DNA from: an uncultured Actinomycetes bacterium
GTDB lineage: Bacteria > Actinomycetota > Actinomycetes > S36-B12 > CAIYMF01
Reading direction: 5' to 3'
DNA length: 32,000 nucleotides
NCBI GenBank assembly: GCA_963843975.1
Contig: CAWJMG010000001.1
Location: 1,110,001 to 1,142,000, forward strand
Part shown: in pieces, positions 27,069 to 32,000 of the stretch
Layout: every line of letters starts with the position of its first letter
Numbering within the stretch: the stretch's first letter is position 1
Notes under the pieces: model-generated
What the model was told of the DNA's origin: nothing
Databases searched by the model: none
What the model saw: only the letters and a program-made list of their open reading frames with translations
Program-made: the position numbers and the translations under genes

Positions 27069-27112
27069 ACTACGGATCAGAAGGTTAGAGGTTCGAGTCC
27101 TCTCGGGCGCGC
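27069..27112 (+). repeat. attR core: 44-bp direct repeat (copy of the tRNA-Arg 3' part)
   Basis: It is identical to 8912-8955. The 5' 30 nt of the tRNA are absent here, so this is a partial tRNA copy and not a second gene. Confidence 0.9.
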
Positions 27113-27136
27113 GTTGTTTGAGACAGCAGCACGACC

Positions 27137-27177
27137 AGGCCGGCCGCACCGACGGGTGCAGGCCGGCCTCGTTGTTT
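27137..27177 (+). terminator. GC-rich hairpin plus T-rich tail: probable native tRNA-Arg terminator, possibly bidirectional with the convergent MR/MLE gene
   Basis: aggccggc (27137-27144) pairs with gccggcct (27162-27169) and gcacc (27146-27150) pairs with ggtgc (27155-27159). The hairpin is followed by cgttgttt. Confidence 0.5.
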
Positions 27178-27207
27178 CCGCATGACTGGACTGGGTTGGG
27201 CGCATCG

Positions 27208-28326
27208 TCAGCTGACCAGGATCTCCCTTGAGGAGGTCATGGACTCGATGGCGCCCCAGTCGAGTTCGAGGCCAAGGCCGGCCGCTGACGGCGCCCGTAC
27301 GAAGCCGTCTGGGTCGGGCCGCATGGGGTTCACAACTCCGTACTCCCACTCGACCAACGGGTACGCGATCTCTTGGTACGTGGCATTGGGACGCCCGAGG
27401 ATGACGTGCAAGCCCGCCACGGCGTAGAACGCGCTGCCGTAGGTCACCGGCTCGAGATTCAGCCCGGCTTCGTCTGCGAGCTCCATCAAGCGGAGCAGGC
27501 CGGTGATGCCTTGGGTCGAGGCGATCTCAGAGCGGCAAGCCGACCAGGGTGGGTCGAGCAGGGCGTCGGCGACCTGGTGGTAGTCACCGATGGCGTATCC
27601 CGCCGGCATGATGGGAATGGGCACCTTGCGGCTCAGCTCGCGGTAGGCCTGGAGGTCGAGTTCGGGCAGCGGCGCCTCGTACCAGGGGCAGCCCATGTCC
27701 GCGAGTGCCAGTCCGACCTTGAGAGCGTCATCGCGGCTGTAGACGCATTCCGCGTCGTGCATGAGCGTGAGTTCTGGGTACGCCTTCCGAAGGCAGGCAT
27801 AGAGTGCGAGGTCCTGATCGGGGTCTCCGAAGGCGTGCAGCTTGACGGCCGTGAAGCCGTCGTCGATCGCGCTGCCGACGACGTCGACGTAGTCGTCGAT
27901 CCGCGGCATTGACTCCAGCGATGCATAGGCCGGAACCGAGTCTCGGTGCCCGCCCAGGAGCCGCCAGAGGGGCTGCCCGGCGTGCTGGGCCCGAAGGTCC
28001 CACAGGGCCATGTCGACCAGTGCGAGGCCGTTGGTGACGTAGGGGAAGACGACGCCGGTGCGGACTTCGTCGATCAGCTGCGCACCGCAGTCGATGGAGC
28101 GTCCGTCGAGGAGCGGCCACATGCCGCGCACCGACTCCAGGGTCGTGCGGTCGCCCGCCGCGTAGGCGAAGCCTTCGATGCCCGCGACGCCCACCGCGCC
28201 GTCGCTGTCGGTGACGGTGATCAGCGTCGTATTGACGTGGCACGGGTTAGCGCGCTCGGTCCATCGCACACTGCGATGGGGGTCGAGTACCCGCAGTTCG
28301 ACGCGCTCGATGGTGGTTTCGGCCAC
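27208..28326 (-). CDS. enolase-superfamily enzyme (mandelate racemase / muconate lactonizing enzyme family)
   Basis: The 372-aa ORF has an N-terminal capping domain (ALVDMALWDLRAQHAGQPLWRLLGG). The barrel domain carries a KLH.. / D.E. / E pattern (FTAVKLHAFG, LMHDAECVY, CPWYEAPLP). Confidence 0.8.
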   Translation of the reverse strand: MAETTIERVELRVLDPHRSVRWTERANPCHVNTTLITVTDSDGAVGVAGIEGFAYAAGDRTTLESVRGMWPLLDGRSIDCGAQLIDEVRTGVVFPYVTNGLALVDMALWDLRAQHAGQPLWRLLGGHRDSVPAYASLESMPRIDDYVDVVGSAIDDGFTAVKLHAFGDPDQDLALYACLRKAYPELTLMHDAECVYSRDDALKVGLALADMGCPWYEAPLPELDLQAYRELSRKVPIPIMPAGYAIGDYHQVADALLDPPWSACRSEIASTQGITGLLRLMELADEAGLNLEPVTYGSAFYAVAGLHVILGRPNATYQEIAYPLVEWEYGVVNPMRPDPDGFVRAPSAAGLGLELDWGAIESMTSSREILVS

Positions 28327-28353
28327 GGTGGATGCTCCAGAAGGGGTGACGAT

Positions 28354-28818
28354 TCAGGCGCCGGGACGCGGCAGGACATAGACGAGCCAGTCCGCCACCA
28401 TCGACGGTCGGTCTGCGCCGGCTGTGGTCACGGTGCAGTGCCAGTGGACGACCCATCCGCCGGCCTTGGCCACGACTGCGGTGCACTCGAAGGTCGAGTG
28501 GAGCTCATCGCCGATGCGCACGGGCGAGACCCAGCGGACTCGGTCGAGCCCGTAGTTGTAGGCGTAGGTGGTGGCAGGGTCGAACGGGCGCGCGAGCTCG
28601 GTCATCGCGTCGAGCAGCGCCAGGGTGTGGAAGCCCTCCACGATGTCAGCGCCGAACTCCGCAGGCTGTTGCTCGGGATGGGCGAGGGTGACCAGGGTGA
28701 GCGCTTCGAACTGATCGCGCTCCGCCCTGGTCACGGTGAGCGGTGCACCGGAGTGGGACGCGCCGGCCAGGTGCGGGATCTGGTCCAGGGTGATGAGCCG
28801 GCTGAGGTCCTTACGCAT
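28354..28818 (-). CDS. MaoC-like hotdog-fold (enoyl-CoA hydratase/dehydratase-type) protein
   Basis: The 154-aa ORF contains HPEQQPAEFGADIVEGFHTLALLDAM, which resembles the MaoC hydratase motif region. Its start overlaps the upstream acyl-CoA synthetase stop (ATGCGTAA). Confidence 0.65.
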   Translation of the reverse strand: MRKDLSRLITLDQIPHLAGASHSGAPLTVTRAERDQFEALTLVTLAHPEQQPAEFGADIVEGFHTLALLDAMTELARPFDPATTYAYNYGLDRVRWVSPVRIGDELHSTFECTAVVAKAGGWVVHWHCTVTTAGADRPSMVADWLVYVLPRPGA

Positions 28819-30446
28819 CGTCGCTGCTTCCGGCGGTGGCGAGGCGATCCCAGGCGCCCTCGACGCGATGGACGCCGCCGACTCGGAGATCCTGCTTGCG
28901 GATGCGCTGGCTGGGTGTCAGCGGGAACGGCTCCGTGCGCAGTTCGATGTAGCGCGGCACCTTGTGGGGCGCGAGGTGGAGGGCGCAGTGCTCGGCCAGC
29001 TCCGCTGGGGTAACAGCGGTCCGGATCTGGACGTAGGCCTTCACCTCTTCCTCGCGGATGGGGTCGGGCACGGGGACGACGGCTGCGTCGACGACGGCCG
29101 GGTGCCCGCGAAGGACCTCTTCGACCTGGGCAGGTGCGATGTTCTCCCCGCCGCGGCGGATGAGCTCCTTGCGGCGACCTTCGAAGTAGTACACACCGTC
29201 TGAGTCGCGACGAACTAGATCTCCGGTTCGGATCCAGCCGTCGTGGAGCACCTCGGCGGTCGCCTGAGGGTTGTCGATGTACCCACGGAAGGGGACCCAA
29301 GGGCCGGACACCTCCAGCTTCTCCTGAGCCGGCCCCATGGACCTCTGACCCGTCTGGCGCCACAAGACGGACCTGAGCCTCCGGCACGGGGATGCCGACG
29401 GCGCCGGTCCCCACGTAGCGGTCGGCGTAGGCGAGGGGAAGCGCGACGGCCACGCACGTCTCCGACATGCCGTAGTACTCGACCCAGGGGAAGCCGAACC
29501 GCTCGACCAGTTCGGCATGCTGCGCCGGCGGTGCCCCCACCGACATCGCGAGGCCGATGCGATGCGCCCGCTCGGCGGCGCTCGGCTCCGCCTTGAGCAG
29601 GAGTCCGGGGATGGCCCCGATGCTCATGAGCCTCGTGACCTCGAACCGCGCCGCGACGTCCCAGAACCGCGAGACGCTGAACTTCCGCATGACGACCAGA
29701 GGCGTCTGCCGCAGCACCGACACGAGCAGAAGCCACAGCGGGTCGCCATAGTGGAACTGCAACGGGCACAAGATCCGGTCCGACGAGTCGAACGGCAGCG
29801 TGCGTAGGAAGACATCGGCGTAGCGCAGGGGTTCCTCGTGGGTGAACGCCAGCGCCTTCGGCAGCCCGGTCGTGCCCGACGTGTAGCCGATGCTGATCGT
29901 GTCCTGCGCAGTGGCATCCGGATCGTCGAGCCGGCGCTGGCGGTCGCCGTAGTGGGCAGCGAGCCCGTGCGGCTCCGACGCGTCCGGGTCTACGCGCAGG
30001 ACCGTCAGCGAGCCTCCGTTGGCGCGTCCCAGGACGTCTGCGGCCGCACCCTCCGCGATCGCCAGCCGTAGACCCCGGTCTGCAGCAATGTGCTCGGCTT
30101 CGGCATCGTGGACCTTGGGTCCGAACTGCACCACCACCCCGCGCAGGGACTGCACGGCGTAGTAGGCGACGAGGAACTCCGCACGGTTGCCGATAGCCAG
30201 CCCGACCTCGTCACCGGGGCCGATCCTGTCGGCGAGTCCTTGCGCGAGGCGTTGGGTGGCGTCGAGGAAGTCCGCGCACGTCAGCTCGAAGCCGTCGTCG
30301 AAGATGATCATGGGTCGTGCTCCGGCGTCACGCAGGTGACGCACCATCACGTGAAGTACTGGCCGCAGTGGCACCTCGGTGAAAGCAGCCGGCATATCCG
30401 GCGGCCAGCTCGGGGTGCCGGCGAGCGTGGCTGCCTCGGTCACCAT
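28811..30446 (-). pseudogene. AMP-dependent acyl-CoA synthetase/ligase, frameshift near 29339
   Basis: The AMP-binding motif YTSGTTGLPKAL is followed by YGMSETC. After VRLVAPDGSEV the sequence continues in ORF 28811..29518 (GPAQEKLEVSGPWVPFRGYIDNPQATAEVLHDGWIRTGDLVRRDSDGVYYFEGRRKELIRRGGENIAPAQVEEVL...APHKVPRYIE). Confidence 0.85.
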
Positions 30447-30451
30447 GCTGA

Positions 30452-31591
30452 TCAGAGCTCGACGCGGGGCACGTGGACCCGCTGGCCGAGCACCACGAGC
30501 TCGGACCAGTCGCCGCGCGAGGAGATGACGTCATTACCGGTGCTGCGCACGTGGACGGTGTCTTCGACCGAGATCAGGACCGGCGTGGTGATCGCCGGCT
30601 CCAGCGAGTAGAACGAGCCTTCGGGCACGAGCTCGTGAGGGTCGCTCTCGGCCCACAGCAAGTGGTGCTCGTGCGGATGGAGGCCGATGGCGTGCCCCAG
30701 GAAGTACGACGACCAGTTCTCCAGACCGGCCTCGCGCATGAACCCGAGGTACATCTCGTAGACGCCGAGCGAGGTCATGCCGGGGCGCATGCTCATCATC
30801 GTGCGGTGATGTGTCGCCTGCATCATCCGGTAGGCATCGGCGATCTCCGGCTGTACGGGCGATGCCGCGATCATGCGCTGGACGTCACCGAAGTACCCGT
30901 TCACCGTGCAGCCCATCTCGATGTTGATGAGCTCCTCGGGCTTGATCGGCACATCACGCCAGGCCATCCGCAGTCCGGTGTCGTTGCCCCACCTCAGCGC
31001 GAGCCATGAGACCGTGTCGGCCCCGTGGTGCACCACGGCCTCGTTGAGCTTGTGGGCGAACTCGCGTTCGGTGATGCCGACCTCGGAGTCCGCGACGGCA
31101 TCAGCGATACCGCGCTCGAGCGCCTGCGAAGCCAGCAGCATGTGCTCCGCCTCGTCTGCCGCCTTGGCCGCGCGGATGCGGGTGAGGGGAGTGTCCACCC
31201 CCCGGAGGTCGATGGCCGGGAACTCGCTGCGGAGGGCATCTGCTACTGCCATGGGCAGCTGCTCGACCTCCGTGCCGACAGTGGCATTGCCGAGCCCAAG
31301 CTCGTGCAGCAGTGCGATGAGCGCGGTAACGGGCCACTCAGGGTGCTCGAAGAACGTGACTTCCACGCCGTCGCGGACCGTGTCGAACACGTACGGGTCG
31401 AACCAGTCGGGGGCCAGAAGGATCCGCCGGGTCGGGGTCCAGACGACCCAGGTGCGCTCCTCGGCGCCCCAGCCGGCAACGGGGAAATCCACACCGCTCA
31501 GATGCCGGAGCGTCGCGCGGGTGTAGCCGATGATCGCGTCGAGATCGTGCTCGGCGAACAGGCCGTCCATGCTGTCCTGCGTCTGGGTCAT
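30452..31591 (-). CDS. M24-family metallopeptidase fold protein (Xaa-Pro peptidase/creatinase-like)
   Basis: GAGAGGA precedes ATG 31591. The N-terminal part is a creatinase-like domain. The C-terminal part is a pita-bread domain (NIEMGCTVNGYFGDVQRM, LGHAIGLHPHE, FYSLEPAI, VEDTVHV). The track ORF start at 31675 is probably read-through. Confidence 0.75.
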   Translation of the reverse strand: MTQTQDSMDGLFAEHDLDAIIGYTRATLRHLSGVDFPVAGWGAEERTWVVWTPTRRILLAPDWFDPYVFDTVRDGVEVTFFEHPEWPVTALIALLHELGLGNATVGTEVEQLPMAVADALRSEFPAIDLRGVDTPLTRIRAAKAADEAEHMLLASQALERGIADAVADSEVGITEREFAHKLNEAVVHHGADTVSWLALRWGNDTGLRMAWRDVPIKPEELINIEMGCTVNGYFGDVQRMIAASPVQPEIADAYRMMQATHHRTMMSMRPGMTSLGVYEMYLGFMREAGLENWSSYFLGHAIGLHPHEHHLLWAESDPHELVPEGSFYSLEPAITTPVLISVEDTVHVRSTGNDVISSRGDWSELVVLGQRVHVPRVEL

Positions 31592-31711
31592 CGCGGTCCT
31601 CTCGTGGCTCGGGTGCTTCATCGGCTCAGGCGTACCTGAACCGCGCCGGACCATCAGTGGCTGGCTGTGCGGCAATGTGCACGGCCGCCGCTAGGTGGAA
31701 GTCCGATCTGG

Positions 31712-32000
31712 TCATAAGGGGATCAGCGCATCGAGCAGATCGTCGAGGAGAGCGAGCTGACGCTTGGTGGGCCACGCTTCCGGGCTCAGCTGTGAGTCGA
31801 GCACAATGCCGCCGGCGAAGGCGTGCAGCAGGTCTGCGACGGCCGGGACGCGCCGCCTCGGAACCAAGCTCTTCAGCCGGTCCCGGAGCATCTCGCGCAC
31901 GACGTCGTCGAACTCGAGCAGCACGGCGCGGCTGTCCGGGTCGTTGTCAGCGAGCAGCGCGAGCCGGGCCCGCTCCTCCTCCTGGCCACGCGCGTTGACC
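31712..32000 (-). CDS. 3' part of a putative transcriptional regulator (TetR-like C-terminal domain); 5' end outside the window
   Basis: The open frame from the window edge reads VNARGQEEERARLALLADNDPDSRAVLLEFDDVVREMLRDRLKSLVPRRRVPAVADLLHAFAGGIVLDSQLSPEAWPTKRQLALLDDLLDALIPL with high GC3. The family call is tentative because no HTH lies in the window. Confidence 0.4.
   Translation of the reverse strand, partial: VNARGQEEERARLALLADNDPDSRAVLLEFDDVVREMLRDRLKSLVPRRRVPAVADLLHAFAGGIVLDSQLSPEAWPTKRQLALLDDLLDALIPL

Larger units (their letters stand above)
8912..27112. mobile_element. ~18.2-kb integrative (mobilizable) element inserted in tRNA-Arg(ACG)
   Basis: Perfect 44-bp direct repeats sit at both ends. 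The interior encodes a tyrosine integrase, an Xis-type HTH protein and a MobF relaxase-helicase. Arm-type repeats lie inside both ends. The composition is patchy, with AT-richer stretches by eye at ~9.1-10.9 kb and 16.3-17.1 kb. Confidence 0.85.

Overview
This is a high-GC, actinobacterial-type chromosomal segment in three parts. (1) The left flank (1-8.9 kb) holds ordinary core genes. They are a partial lectin-like gene, a small secreted protein, a CopC-CopD copper-handling fusion, a cytochrome P450, a lipoprotein, a J-domain membrane protein, a SulP/STAS anion transporter and a DUF2786 gene bracketed by two ~60-bp hairpin repeats. Divergent tRNA-Ser(GCU) and tRNA-Arg(ACG) genes follow. (2) The centre (8912-27112) is an ~18.2-kb integrated element inserted in the 3' end of tRNA-Arg(ACG), bounded by perfect 44-bp direct repeats. 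It carries a tyrosine integrase, an Xis-type HTH gene and a MobF/TrwC relaxase-helicase, but no mating-pore or Rep genes, so it looks like an integrative mobilizable element. Its cargo is an AlbA_2/HATPase_c_4 protein, a ~2170-codon Rhs/YD-repeat polymorphic toxin with an unrecognised C-terminal domain and a tightly coupled lipoprotein (candidate immunity), a beta/gamma-crystallin-like secreted protein, an ECF sigma / putative anti-sigma pair and a DyP-type peroxidase. (3) The right flank (27.2-32 kb) is a minus-strand operon of an M24 peptidase-like gene, an acyl-CoA synthetase, a MaoC hotdog gene and an enolase-superfamily (MR/MLE) gene, next to a partial regulator gene. At least ten otherwise recognisable genes carry single-nucleotide frame disruptions. 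Whether these are assembly errors or real decay cannot be decided from the sequence alone. Many long ORFs in the six-frame track are high-GC antisense or off-frame artefacts.
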